From the NCBI GenBank assembly GCA_002753335.1, contig PEAD01000001.1, positions 62,001 through 126,000 on the forward strand: a stretch of DNA of 64,000 bases, read 5' to 3'. Position numbers and translations under genes: made by a program. The notes under the pieces were generated by a model. It ran no database searches. It was not told the DNA's origin and was given only the letters and a program-made list of their open reading frames with translations. Below are positions 54,558 through 64,000 of this stretch, piece after piece; within the stretch, counting starts at the first letter, position 1, and every line of letters starts with the position of its first letter. Origin of the DNA: Nitrospirae bacterium MYbin3. GTDB lineage: Bacteria; Nitrospirota; Thermodesulfovibrionia; Thermodesulfovibrionales; Dissulfurispiraceae.

Positions 54558-56584
54558 AAGTGTTAAAGCCGATAGCTATCATTGCGGTCCTGCTATTGTT
54601 TGCCGCCACACTTATAGGGCTTGAATTTCATTTCATAAAGATGCCGAATGTTGATATAACCACAAAACTGCTGCTCATATTCTTGATGACAGTCAACCTG
54701 ATAGCATTTTTTACGCTGACGTTCTTCGTCTGTAAAAGCCTTTTCCTCTTATATATGGAGCGTCGCCATAAGGTGCTGGGATACAAGTTCAGAACAAAGC
54801 TCATGGCTATTTTCGTAGTGCTGACGCTGATCCCTTCAGCCTTTCTCTTCTTTGCTGCGAGCGGTCTTGCGGCAAATTATCTGAACAAAATATTTTCTCC
54901 TCAGATGAAGGAGCCGTTCGACAAGTCGGTAGAGTTTGCGAGAGCGTTCTATGACCGTGAAAGAGACAGGGCTCTGAAAACAGCACGCGCAGCACTGTCA
55001 GGCAAAGATGTCTGGGCGCCGGATATTTCTGTAAAAAGGTATGCGTCACCGCCGCCAAATGCAAGTGAAGTATTAAATGATGCCTTCTCGGGCAAAGAAG
55101 GGGCCGAGGTTATCTCTCAGGCTTCGGGCGATATTGTGAGAGCGGCGGTGCCAGAAACACATAAAAACAGAGGCGGGGTCTTGGTTGTAGATATCAGGCT
55201 TCCGCAAGTAATAGCCGAAAAAACAGAAAACCTTAAAACGCTTTATGAAGACTACCAGAAACTGCAATCATTCAAAGAGCCGCTCAGGCTAAACTACATA
55301 CTGATACTAGGCTTTCTTACGCTGATGCTGGTTTTCAGCGGTCTTTGGGTCTCATTAAAAATATCCCGCGGCATAACCATACCTATTCAGCGGCTTGCAA
55401 TGGCTACCGAAGAGGTCGCATCTGGAAATCTCGACATAAGCGTTGACATAACAACTCAGGACGAAATCGGCATCCTGATAAAATCATTCAACCAGATGGT
55501 GCATCAGATTAAGGACGGCAAATCTTCACTCGATAGAGCGTATCTTGAATCCGACAGGCGCAGGCTTTACCTCGAAAACATACTCGAAAACATAAATTCG
55601 GGTGTTCTGTTCCTCGACACCGACGGCAAGATAAGGACTATGAACAGGGCTGCCTGCTCTATTCTGAACTTCTCAGTTGAGGATATAATAGGCAGGGACT
55701 ACAATGAGTTTATACAGCGCCTTAATTCTGATGAACTTAACATGATGGTCAAAGATATTGAGGGTACAAGAATTAACGAGGTCTCGAAGGAAGTCAAGAT
55801 AAACATCGATGGACGTGTGCTGATATGCAGGATTTACATTGCAGGGATAAGGGATTCTAGGGACTCAGGCTCTCTCGGCATGCTCGTGGTCTTTAATGAT
55901 CTGACCGATGTTATAAAGGCGCAAAAGGCTATCGCGTGGCAGGAGGTCGCGCAGCGGATGGCGCACGAGATAAAGAATCCGCTCACGCCGATAAAGCTGT
56001 CAACAGAAAGACTGATAAAAAAATGGCAGCAGAAAGACGAGGATTTCGGGGCTGTCATAGAGAAATCGACCAGGACAATAATAAATGAAGTTGAAGGCCT
56101 GAAAAGGCTTGTTGACGAGTTTGCAAAATACGGACGCCTGCCCGAAATTAAAAAAGGTCCGCTGAATTTTGCGGAGTTCCTTGAGTCCGTAACCGCTCTT
56201 TATAAAGGCTTTAAAGATATAGAAATAAAAACACATTTGCAGGAGGCTATGCCGCAGATAAACCTTGACAGAGACCAGTTCAAGCGCGTTTTGATAAATA
56301 TAATAGACAACGCAATAAAGGCTATGGATGACAAAGGGCTGATTACTGTGTCGGCGGCTGTTGACCGCAACACCTTAAAAATCGAGATTGCTGATATGGG
56401 CCCGGGCATAAGCCTTGCTGAGAAAGAAAAACTTTTTATGCCCTACTTCTCGAACAGAAAAGGCGGGACAGGGCTTGGCCTTGCAATCGCGCATAAGATA
56501 GTGGCAGACCATGGCGGGCATATTATCGTGAGAGACAACCATCCTAAAGGCGCTGTCTTTTGCGTTGAAATGCCTAAAGCATAA
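54554..56584 (+). CDS. NtrY-like HAMP/PAS sensor histidine kinase
   Basis: TM segments, HAMP (DEIG.L..SFN.M), PAS, AWQEVAQRMAHEIKNPLTPI, GTGLGL. Confidence 0.9.
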   Translation: MKVLKPIAIIAVLLLFAATLIGLEFHFIKMPNVDITTKLLLIFLMTVNLIAFFTLTFFVCKSLFLLYMERRHKVLGYKFRTKLMAIFVVLTLIPSAFLFFAASGLAANYLNKIFSPQMKEPFDKSVEFARAFYDRERDRALKTARAALSGKDVWAPDISVKRYASPPPNASEVLNDAFSGKEGAEVISQASGDIVRAAVPETHKNRGGVLVVDIRLPQVIAEKTENLKTLYEDYQKLQSFKEPLRLNYILILGFLTLMLVFSGLWVSLKISRGITIPIQRLAMATEEVASGNLDISVDITTQDEIGILIKSFNQMVHQIKDGKSSLDRAYLESDRRRLYLENILENINSGVLFLDTDGKIRTMNRAACSILNFSVEDIIGRDYNEFIQRLNSDELNMMVKDIEGTRINEVSKEVKINIDGRVLICRIYIAGIRDSRDSGSLGMLVVFNDLTDVIKAQKAIAWQEVAQRMAHEIKNPLTPIKLSTERLIKKWQQKDEDFGAVIEKSTRTIINEVEGLKRLVDEFAKYGRLPEIKKGPLNFAEFLESVTALYKGFKDIEIKTHLQEAMPQINLDRDQFKRVLINIIDNAIKAMDDKGLITVSAAVDRNTLKIEIADMGPGISLAEKEKLFMPYFSNRKGGTGLGLAIAHKIVADHGGHIIVRDNHPKGAVFCVEMPKA

Positions 56585-56610
56585 TAGAGGAGTTTAATAG
56601 AGGAGTTTAA

Positions 56611-57984
56611 ATGTCTAAAAAAACTATTTTGATCGTGGATGACGAAGAGGGAATCAGAGATACTCTATCCGGTATTTTTGAGGATGAAGGATACGAGGTG
56701 CTTACCGCAAAGTCTGGCGAAGAGGCTCTAGAAATAATTAATGAGCAGGCTGCCGACCTTGCGCTCCTTGATATCTGGATGCCCGGAATTGACGGAATAG
56801 AAACGCTTACACAGATAAAGTCTATAGCGCCTAACATGCCTGTGATAATGATATCCGGCCACGGGAATATTGATCTTGCGGTCAATGCGACAAGACTCGG
56901 CGCGTATGATTTTCTCGAAAAGCCGCTTTCGCTCGACAAGGTTCTGATAGTTGCAAAACGAGCGCTCGAAAGCCGAAAGCTTCAGGAAGAAAACAGGCAG
57001 CTGAAAATCAACATCGAGAGAAAGTCGAGCCTGATAGGAAATTCTTCTGTGATGGTGCAGCTGAGACAACAGATAGAGCTCGCGGCCCAGAGCAGCAGCA
57101 GGGTGCTGATTTTGGGCGAAAGTGGTACCGGCAAAGAGCTTGCTGCCAAGCTCCTTCACGAGAAAAGTCCGCGCGCTTCTGAGTCTTTTGTGGAGGTGAA
57201 CTGTGCGGCAATCCCGCAGGAGCTTATAGAGAGCGAGCTTTTCGGCCACGAGAAGGGATCGTTTACAGGAGCTGCCGAAAGGAAAACCGGCAAGTTCGAG
57301 CTTGCTGACAGAGGCACTCTCTTTCTTGATGAGATAGGAGACATGACGCTCTCCACTCAGGCCAAGGTGCTGAGGGTAATCGAGACGCAGGTTTTTCAGC
57401 GCGTCGGCGGGAACAAAAGCATAAAGGTGGATGTACGTATAGTGGCTGCTACAAACAAAAACCTGACCGAAGAGGTGAAGGCCGGCAATTTCAGGGAGGA
57501 TCTCTTCTTTCGCTTGAATGTGATCCCTATATCCCTGCCCCCGCTCAGGGAAAGACGCGAAGACCTTCCGATGCTGATCGAACATTTTATATCTATGTTT
57601 TCATCAGAATACGGATTAAAACCGAAAACCCTTAATCCGGATGTGCTGAAAATATTCAAAGACCATGACTGGCCAGGAAATATCAGAGAACTAAAAAACA
57701 TCGTTGAGCGATTGATGATAATGATTCCATCATCAGCCATTGATAAAAGCAGCATCGAGGGACTGGCTCTCTTTAAAGGCCAGCAGGCAACGCAGGAAAG
57801 CGATTATTTTTCTTCAACCACGCTGCGTGATGCGAGAGATGCATTCGAGAAAGAGTTCTTGATCAGGAAGCTTGCAGAAAACAACTGGAATGTATCTAAA
57901 ACAGCAGAGGCGATAGAAATAGAGCGAAGCAATCTTCATAAAAAGATAAAGGCTTTTGATATTATGGAGCCAAAAGAACTATAA
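56611..57984 (+). CDS. NtrX-like sigma-54-family response regulator
   Basis: [41 protein letters not shown]. Confidence 0.9.
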   Translation: MSKKTILIVDDEEGIRDTLSGIFEDEGYEVLTAKSGEEALEIINEQAADLALLDIWMPGIDGIETLTQIKSIAPNMPVIMISGHGNIDLAVNATRLGAYDFLEKPLSLDKVLIVAKRALESRKLQEENRQLKINIERKSSLIGNSSVMVQLRQQIELAAQSSSRVLILGESGTGKELAAKLLHEKSPRASESFVEVNCAAIPQELIESELFGHEKGSFTGAAERKTGKFELADRGTLFLDEIGDMTLSTQAKVLRVIETQVFQRVGGNKSIKVDVRIVAATNKNLTEEVKAGNFREDLFFRLNVIPISLPPLRERREDLPMLIEHFISMFSSEYGLKPKTLNPDVLKIFKDHDWPGNIRELKNIVERLMIMIPSSAIDKSSIEGLALFKGQQATQESDYFSSTTLRDARDAFEKEFLIRKLAENNWNVSKTAEAIEIERSNLHKKIKAFDIMEPKEL

Positions 57985-58001
57985 ACCCTGAAAATGCTTT
58001 T

Positions 58002-58149
58002 AACCACAGAGCACACAGAGAAAGATTCAGATAAAAAAGAAAAGACAGTTGTTTCTCTGCGTATATTTTTATACAAGAACACTAATAGGAACACAGAGCA
58101 AAGATATCTTTTTTCAATGCCTTGTTTCCTCTCTGTGACCTCTGTGGTT
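58002..58149. repeat. REP-like palindrome (AACCACAGAG...CTCTGTGGTT family), long form
   Basis: AACCACAGAGCACACAGAG / CTCTGTGACCTCTGTGGTT arms with an AT-rich spacer. Confidence 0.7.
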
Positions 58150-58198
58150 TGCCTTAATGCATTATTTAGGTAAACCGATATTCGGTAAAGGATAAAAT

Positions 58199-59557
58199 AT
58201 GAGCGCAATCGTAGCGATAGTAGGAAGGCCTAACTCAGGCAAATCAACACTTTTCAACCGTATGCGGTCGCGAACCGGCAGCCGCAGGCTTTCGGCTATA
58301 ACAGAGGAGATGCCGGGCGTTACACGCGACAGAAACTACGGCGATGCTGTATGGGAAGACCACCGCTTTGTTGTGATCGATACCGGTGGTTTTTACCTTG
58401 AGGGAGAAGGCGACATAGGCAGGCAGGTTGAAGAAAAAGCTTTATTCGCGATAGATGAGGCGGACCTTATAATACATCTTTTGGATGCCAGGGAAGGGCT
58501 TAATCCATCAGACAGAGAGCTTGCGGATATGATCCGCAAATCTGGCAAAAAGGCTCTCTGGGTTGCCAATAAAATAGATATTCATGCACATGCAACAAAA
58601 GCCCTCGAATTTTTTGGTGTTGGAGTAGAAGAAATATTGCCAGTTTCCGCGGTAAATGGTTATGGGTTTGATGACTTGATGGAGCGTGTAATAACGTCTT
58701 TAAAAGAGGTCTGCGGCGAAGATTTCTCCAGTGATACCCCGGATCCTGAGACAAGCGGAATCCCGAGGATTGCGGTGGTGGGCAAGCCGAATGTGGGCAA
58801 ATCAACTCTTGTAAACGCCTTTTTGGGCAAGAACAGACATATAGTAAGTCCGATCGCCGGAACAACAAGAGACTCTGTGGATTCGGTATGCACATATTAC
58901 GGCCGAAAATATCTTTTCATAGACACGGCTGGCATCAGAAAAAAAGTCGAGCGCTACTCGATAGAGCGCTTTTCTGTCGTCAGAGCGATGAAAAGCATAG
59001 AGAAGGCTGATGTGGCGATCATAGTAATAGATTCGACGCTCGGAATAACCGAGCAGGACCAGAAGATAGCCGGCATAATTCAGGAATATGGCAAGAGTGC
59101 AATATTTATGTTTAATAAATGGGACCTGATGCAGGAACCTGAGCTTGATTACAAAAGGCTCTCTGCTGACCTGCCTAGGAAAATATGGTTTCTGGGACAC
59201 GCTCCAATCCTCACAGCATCCGGATTGTCAAAGAAAAGAATCACACGCATATTCCCTATGATCGATGATGTTATGGCAGAAAGGAAAAAGAAGATACCAA
59301 CACCCGAACTTAATAAATTCCTTTCGGCCACCCTCGCAAAAAAACCTTTTCCCCTTTATAAAGGCAGGGAGGTAAAATTCTTTTATGTGGCGCAGACCGG
59401 CGTTGAACCGCCTGCATTCACGCTTTTCGTCAATTATCAGCCGGCGGTAAGAGAGCAGCATCTCCGTTTTTTAGAAAAAGCGCTCAGGGCGGCTTACTCG
59501 TTCAGCGGTGCACCCATACGAATTTCTGTGAAAGCACGTAGAAATGTGCTAAAATAG
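58199..59557 (+). CDS. der: Ribosome biogenesis GTPase Der (EngA)
   Basis: Two G domains (GRPNSGKST, GKPNVGKST; DTGG, DTAG) plus KH-like tail. Confidence 0.96.
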   Translation: MSAIVAIVGRPNSGKSTLFNRMRSRTGSRRLSAITEEMPGVTRDRNYGDAVWEDHRFVVIDTGGFYLEGEGDIGRQVEEKALFAIDEADLIIHLLDAREGLNPSDRELADMIRKSGKKALWVANKIDIHAHATKALEFFGVGVEEILPVSAVNGYGFDDLMERVITSLKEVCGEDFSSDTPDPETSGIPRIAVVGKPNVGKSTLVNAFLGKNRHIVSPIAGTTRDSVDSVCTYYGRKYLFIDTAGIRKKVERYSIERFSVVRAMKSIEKADVAIIVIDSTLGITEQDQKIAGIIQEYGKSAIFMFNKWDLMQEPELDYKRLSADLPRKIWFLGHAPILTASGLSKKRITRIFPMIDDVMAERKKKIPTPELNKFLSATLAKKPFPLYKGREVKFFYVAQTGVEPPAFTLFVNYQPAVREQHLRFLEKALRAAYSFSGAPIRISVKARRNVLK

Positions 59558-59591
59558 AAGACGTTAGCCGTATAAGACAAGGAGGAATAAA

Positions 59592-60011
59592 ATGCTCAAA
59601 ATACTTGTAGCCCACGACGGTTCCAAGTCTTCAGATAAGGCGCTTAAAAAAGCGGTTGAAATGTCGGTCAGCATGAGCGGTGCTCTGACCGTTGTTTCGG
59701 TGGTTCCGGAGCTTTATCTTACCCAGTTGACCGACGTGGACAGAAACCGTATAGCAAAGGCCCTTACAGAAGAAACAGGCGACGCACTAGAAAAGATCAG
59801 GAAGTCGCTCGCAGGCAGATCCATAGATGTAAAGACAGTTATAAGACAGGGCGATCCTGCAGAGAAGATACTCGAAACCGCCCAGAAGATGAAGGTTGAT
59901 CTGATCATTACCGGTTCTCACGGCAGGCACGGCGCAAAGAAGTTTCTGCTCGGAAGCGTTTCTGCTAAGGTTGTAGATTATTCAAAATGTCCTGTGATGG
60001 TGGTTAAATAG
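59592..60011 (+). CDS. Universal stress protein
   Basis: ILVAHDGS, GDPAEKI, GSHGR...LGSVS, CPVMVV. Confidence 0.93.
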   Translation: MLKILVAHDGSKSSDKALKKAVEMSVSMSGALTVVSVVPELYLTQLTDVDRNRIAKALTEETGDALEKIRKSLAGRSIDVKTVIRQGDPAEKILETAQKMKVDLIITGSHGRHGAKKFLLGSVSAKVVDYSKCPVMVVK

Positions 60012-60038
60012 CGGTTAATTTTTTATCAAATAATACGG

Positions 60039-60064
60039 AAGCCCGCATTCTGCGGGCTTTTTTT
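60039..60064 (+). terminator. Rho-independent terminator
   Basis: AAGCCCGCA-TTC-TGCGGGC-TTTTTTT. Confidence 0.85.
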
Positions 60065-61193
60065 ATGATCGGTTCTTATTTTCCTTAACCTTGTTTATCA
60101 ATCCGCAAAAGCCCTTAACCGCATTTTCTACCGGATAAAGTTCGGCCGTAGCTCTAGCGTTCTTGCCCATTTCAGAGCTGTTTTTAAAGGCGGCATCCAT
60201 TTTTTCGGCAAGTTCGGCCGCATCACTGATTGATTCTGTTACAAAGCCATTCTGTCCATTAACAACCAATTCGGAAGCGCCATTGTTGCGCGTGGTTATA
60301 ACAGCAACGCCCGAAGCCATAGCCTCTATAGTGGCATTGCTGAACGGATCGTACAATGTAGGAAGAACAAACAGGTCGGCTGCAGCATAAATCTTTTCGA
60401 TATTCTTCTGTGTGTCGAGAAAAACAAACCTTTCGCCTATTACTGCATCCGCCGCCTGCTTTGCATACTTTTGAGTGTTGCCTTTGCCTATAACGATTAA
60501 GCGCACATTTTTTTCTCTGAGCAGTGCAGCAGCGTTAATCAAAGTCTTCAGGCCTTTTCTTTCGAACCCTGTACCCACAAAAAGAACAACCTTTGCATTT
60601 TCGGATATAGCAAGGCTTTGCCTTAATTCATTGCGCATGCTGTCTCTGTTTTGTAGAGAGAACCTCTCCAAGTCCACACCGTTATAAATCACGGTTATTC
60701 TGTCCTCTTCAACCCCATAATGTTTGATTATCTGGTCTTTCACCATCTTTGAGTTGGCAACGATCAAAGGCGTATTCTGAAAAAGTTTTTTTTCGATATT
60801 AAGCAGAGTGCGGTGAAGAGGGTTTAAATTAAACGAGGCTCTTTTAAACGCAGGTTCGAATCGCGACCTTATTTCGAGCCATTCGGCGTGACAGCCCTCG
60901 CCGGCCCTGTAAATATCCTGACAGACGGTGCGTTCAAGGCTTATGACGCAGTCGTCTTTCCATCCGCCCTCAATCAATCTGCATACATTTTTGTTAAATG
61001 AGGTTATTGAAAGATATGAGTTGAAAGAAATAGCAGGTATTTTATGGAAAATAACATCCTGAGCCTCTGTCCATTTGTTTGCAAAGATATGAATTTCATG
61101 GCCGTTTTTTTTGAATGCGTCAATCAGGGTTTCGAGATACCTTTCTGCGCCGCCATGAAGCGAGAACCTTTTTTTGACGAAAGCTATGCGCAA
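60063..61193 (-). CDS. Glycosyltransferase family 4 (LPS core, RfaG-like)
   Basis: GGAERY, VIYNGVD, RKGL, YDPFSNATIEAMASG. Confidence 0.9.
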   Translation of the reverse strand: MRIAFVKKRFSLHGGAERYLETLIDAFKKNGHEIHIFANKWTEAQDVIFHKIPAISFNSYLSITSFNKNVCRLIEGGWKDDCVISLERTVCQDIYRAGEGCHAEWLEIRSRFEPAFKRASFNLNPLHRTLLNIEKKLFQNTPLIVANSKMVKDQIIKHYGVEEDRITVIYNGVDLERFSLQNRDSMRNELRQSLAISENAKVVLFVGTGFERKGLKTLINAAALLREKNVRLIVIGKGNTQKYAKQAADAVIGERFVFLDTQKNIEKIYAAADLFVLPTLYDPFSNATIEAMASGVAVITTRNNGASELVVNGQNGFVTESISDAAELAEKMDAAFKNSSEMGKNARATAELYPVENAVKGFCGLINKVKENKNRS

Positions 61194-61939
61194 TGCTTCC
61201 GTTCCCAAACTTTCAAATACTTGAGGAAGGTGTAAAAACTATAAAGAGCAGCAAGCACAAAACCATGCAGTCCGTCCCTGAAACCCTGCTGCAAAAAATA
61301 CATCCTGAAAAAAGCGGCCGGAGGGTTGATAAATATTGACAACACAGCCTTTGCAGCTTTTTTGTCATATATCTCTTTTGCGGACATAGTAGAGTACCGC
61401 TCCATCTTTGCTATATATTCAGAAACTGTCCTGTAGGTGTAATGCTCAAAAGGCTCTTTAAGATGAGCTGTTAGCCCATTCACAAGAACCCTCTCATGCA
61501 CTTCGCGCGGTTCGAGATGAGAGACGCTTTTTCTGAAAAGCCGCATTGAATAATCGGGCCACCAGCCGCTGTGGCGTATCCATCTGCCGAGAAAATAGTT
61601 TTTACGCGGGGCAAAATAGCCGCTTATCTTTTCGTCCTTTATGCGTGACACAATCTCGGCTTTAAGCGCAGGAGTTGCTCGTTCATCGGCATCGAGAATA
61701 AAAACCCATTCGTTTTTGGCGTAATCAACCGCTATCTGTTTGTGTTTTGAGAAGTTGACCCATTCATGCTGATACACCCTGTCGGTGTACTTCCTGCAAA
61801 GCTCAACGGTCCTGTCATCGCTGAAAGAATCCACTACAACGATATCGTCAAAATCCCTTACGCTTTCGAGCGCTTCAGCGATATTGCGTTCTTCATTTTT
61901 AACGATTATTGCGATAGAAACCGGTATTTTTTTTTGCAT
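61184..61939 (-). CDS. Glycosyltransferase family 2 (LPS core, KdtX/LgtF-like)
   Basis: KNEE.NI, VDSFSDDRT, LDADE, WWPDY, VHE. Confidence 0.9.
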   Translation of the reverse strand: MQKKIPVSIAIIVKNEERNIAEALESVRDFDDIVVVDSFSDDRTVELCRKYTDRVYQHEWVNFSKHKQIAVDYAKNEWVFILDADERATPALKAEIVSRIKDEKISGYFAPRKNYFLGRWIRHSGWWPDYSMRLFRKSVSHLEPREVHERVLVNGLTAHLKEPFEHYTYRTVSEYIAKMERYSTMSAKEIYDKKAAKAVLSIFINPPAAFFRMYFLQQGFRDGLHGFVLAALYSFYTFLKYLKVWERKHCA

Positions 61940-61964
61940 GGGAGGGTTTGTTGACGCGCCAATA

Positions 61965-62951
61965 TTATCCGCCGATTCTGGACATCGGCTTCAGATAAGC
62001 AAAATCCTGCTGCTGATTAATCGCATGCGCCTCAGGTTTTATCTCGACCGCAAGCCTTAGAAGCCTTTCTATTTCGCTGTCATCAGAGCCCATCCTGATT
62101 GATGATTTCAGGTCTATTTCGGTTTCCGAAAAAAGACAGGGCCTAAGTTTGCCGTCAGCTGTCAACCTGAGCCTGTTGCAGCTTCCGCAGAAATGGTGGG
62201 TTATGGGGCTTATAAAGCCTATTACGCCTGCTGCACCGCTGAACCTGAAATACCGCGCAGGACCGGCACGTCTAAGCTTGACCGGCTCGAGCGGAGCTAT
62301 CTGTGAAACTCGCTCTTTTATCTCTTCTGTTGATATGTATTTTTCGCGGCTCCATGCATCCTTTGCTCCAATCGGCATAAACTCTATAAATCTTACATGG
62401 CATGGCTTCTCTATGGTCAGCCGCGCAAAGTGCTGAATCTCGTCATCATTGACACTCTTAACCGGGACCATGTTTATCTTTACAGGAGAAAGCCCTGCAT
62501 TTTCTGCCTCCTGAATCCCGTGAAGCACAGTGTCAAGGCTACCGCCTCTTGTTATCTCTTTGTATCTTTCAGGGATGAACGAATCAAGGCTCACATTAAC
62601 CCTGCGCAACCCGGCTGCTGCAAGTGCAAAAGCCTTTTCTGCCAGTAAAACGCCGTTGGTGGTGAGGCTTATATCTTCTATACCATAGATTCCGTTCAGA
62701 GAAGATATAAGGTATTCGAGGTTTTTTCTGACAAGCGGCTCACCGCCCGTAATCCTGACTTTGCGGACTCCTAGTCCGGCAGCAACTTTTACAATCCTGA
62801 TAATCTCTTCATAGCTGAGAATATCTTTGTGGCTAAACGGGCTTATGCCTGATGACGGCATGCAGTAAACGCATCGCAGGTTGCAGCGGTCAATGACCGA
62901 TATTCGCATATAGTCAATGACACGCTCGTACCTGTCGAAGATAAGACTCAT
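61965..62951 (-). CDS. moaA: GTP 3',8-cyclase (radical SAM)
   Basis: RISV.DRCNLRCVYCMP, TGGEP, FCGSCNRLRL, C-terminal IGG. Confidence 0.97.
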   Translation of the reverse strand: MSLIFDRYERVIDYMRISVIDRCNLRCVYCMPSSGISPFSHKDILSYEEIIRIVKVAAGLGVRKVRITGGEPLVRKNLEYLISSLNGIYGIEDISLTTNGVLLAEKAFALAAAGLRRVNVSLDSFIPERYKEITRGGSLDTVLHGIQEAENAGLSPVKINMVPVKSVNDDEIQHFARLTIEKPCHVRFIEFMPIGAKDAWSREKYISTEEIKERVSQIAPLEPVKLRRAGPARYFRFSGAAGVIGFISPITHHFCGSCNRLRLTADGKLRPCLFSETEIDLKSSIRMGSDDSEIERLLRLAVEIKPEAHAINQQQDFAYLKPMSRIGG

Positions 62952-63880
62952 CTTTTCTTTTTCTTGCTTTTGGGTGAAGCGGCGGTGTTTCTCGACAGCA
63001 TCTCGCCTATCTTTTTTTCGGCCAGATCCGCCTCTGATGAGCGAGGGTATTTTTCTATGAGTTTTTCCAGAACGATCTTAGCGGTCTTTTTATCCCCAAT
63101 TTCGATAAAAGAATATCCCTGTTTAAGCATAGCACCCCTCGCCTTATCATGCTGAGGATGTTTTTTGAGAAGAGACTCGTAGGCCAGAATCGCATCATCA
63201 AATTTTTTCTCGCCGTAATAGGTCTCTCCAATCCAGAAAAGTGCGTTGGGCGCAAGCTCATGTTTCGGATTGTCTTTTGCGAACTTTTCGAATTTCTGCC
63301 TCGCTTCCGGGAATTTCTTTTCTTTTAAATCCACATGAGCATCGTCATACAACTGCCTTACTACATCCTTAGAGGTGGAAGGCTGCGTAGCGTTGTCCTG
63401 CGGCTTGTCTACGGGCTTTTCTGCAGGCTTCTGGGCCTCTTCCTGAACAGGAGCGCTGTTTGCTTTTGCCTTAAGCTCTTTAACGCTGTTTTCGAGCGCA
63501 GCTATTTTTGCCTGCTGCAGCTCTTTTTCGGCTATAAGGTCTTTTATCGTCTTGTCCGAATAATATTTGTTTTCGTCAAACCGGCCTTTTAAAACCTGCA
63601 CCTCTTTTGAAAGGTCTGAGGTCTGGCTCACGATAGAAGACTGGCTGTCTTTTACAGCGCTGAGAGAATACTCTTTAAGGGTCATTACGTCTTTAGAAAG
63701 ATCAGAAACACGCTCCTTCTGAGCAGCCATATCCTTTTTCTGGTTTATCATATCGGCTTGAAGATTGATAAGAGTGTTCTTCATAGCATCCATATCCGAG
63801 GAACTGGCACAACCTCCAACCAACAGCACACACAAAAGGCAACCCCCAAAAAAACTGGTCTTTCTGATAAACGCCGCCAT
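62948..63880 (-). CDS. cpoB: Tol-Pal system protein YbgF/CpoB
   Basis: Lipobox, coiled coil, TPR motifs (NALFWIGETYY, AMLKQG); downstream of pal. Confidence 0.88.
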   Translation of the reverse strand: MAAFIRKTSFFGGCLLCVLLVGGCASSSDMDAMKNTLINLQADMINQKKDMAAQKERVSDLSKDVMTLKEYSLSAVKDSQSSIVSQTSDLSKEVQVLKGRFDENKYYSDKTIKDLIAEKELQQAKIAALENSVKELKAKANSAPVQEEAQKPAEKPVDKPQDNATQPSTSKDVVRQLYDDAHVDLKEKKFPEARQKFEKFAKDNPKHELAPNALFWIGETYYGEKKFDDAILAYESLLKKHPQHDKARGAMLKQGYSFIEIGDKKTAKIVLEKLIEKYPRSSEADLAEKKIGEMLSRNTAASPKSKKKKR

Positions 63881-64000
63881 TACTTCTTATCCTCTGTCAG
63901 AACAAAGTGTGCTCTTCGGTTTCTTGCCCAGCATTCTTCGGCAGCCTCGCTGCAAACAGGCTTTTCTTCGCCGTAGCTTACGGTTTCTATTTTGCTCGAA
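63880..64000 (-). CDS. pal: Peptidoglycan-associated lipoprotein Pal (3' part)
   Basis: Manual translation ...IETVSYGEEKPVC...CWARNRRAHF, OmpA-like C-terminus. Confidence 0.9.
   Translation of the reverse strand, partial: SSKIETVSYGEEKPVCSEAAEECWARNRRAHFVLTEDKK

Overview
Chromosomal window from an anaerobic sulfate/sulfite-reducing bacterium, most consistent with Nitrospirota (Thermodesulfovibrionia-like). That placement is inferred from the reductive-type dsrA-dsrB-dsrD operon with a short DsrA and the tmRNA tag ANNELAIAA. Most of it is housekeeping: hfq (partial), smpB-ssrA, znuABC, lgt, tsaB-rimI, gpsA, smc, malQ, ispDF, degP, selB, hisH/hisI, rpsF-ssb-rpsR, ntrBC-like and ntrYX-like two-component systems, tgt, class II RNR nrdJ, a liv-type ABC transporter, der, moaA, cpoB-pal. 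A visibly AT-richer accessory stretch lies at about 27.7-33.0 kb. Signals the ORF track misses or does not explain: (i) two hidden selenoprotein candidates with SECIS-like hairpins (an FmdB-family protein with a GGG-U-AAAC tail and an Rdx/SelW-like gene with WxxU), in a window that also carries selB; (ii) a protein with the motifs of the eukaryotic Janus/Ocnus (PHPT1) phosphohistidine phosphatase family; (iii) a catalytically degenerate, PycC-like class III cyclase behind nrdJ and dCMP deaminase; (iv) an exported caspase-like protease paired with a repeat-containing CsgG-like lipoprotein; (v) an in-frame amber codon in degP and an ATA-initiated HNH gene; (vi) several families of palindromic intergenic repeats; (vii) many apparently leaderless genes. 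No CRISPR array, rRNA, tRNA, integrase or transposase was seen. All family assignments come from motif recognition by eye, not database searches.
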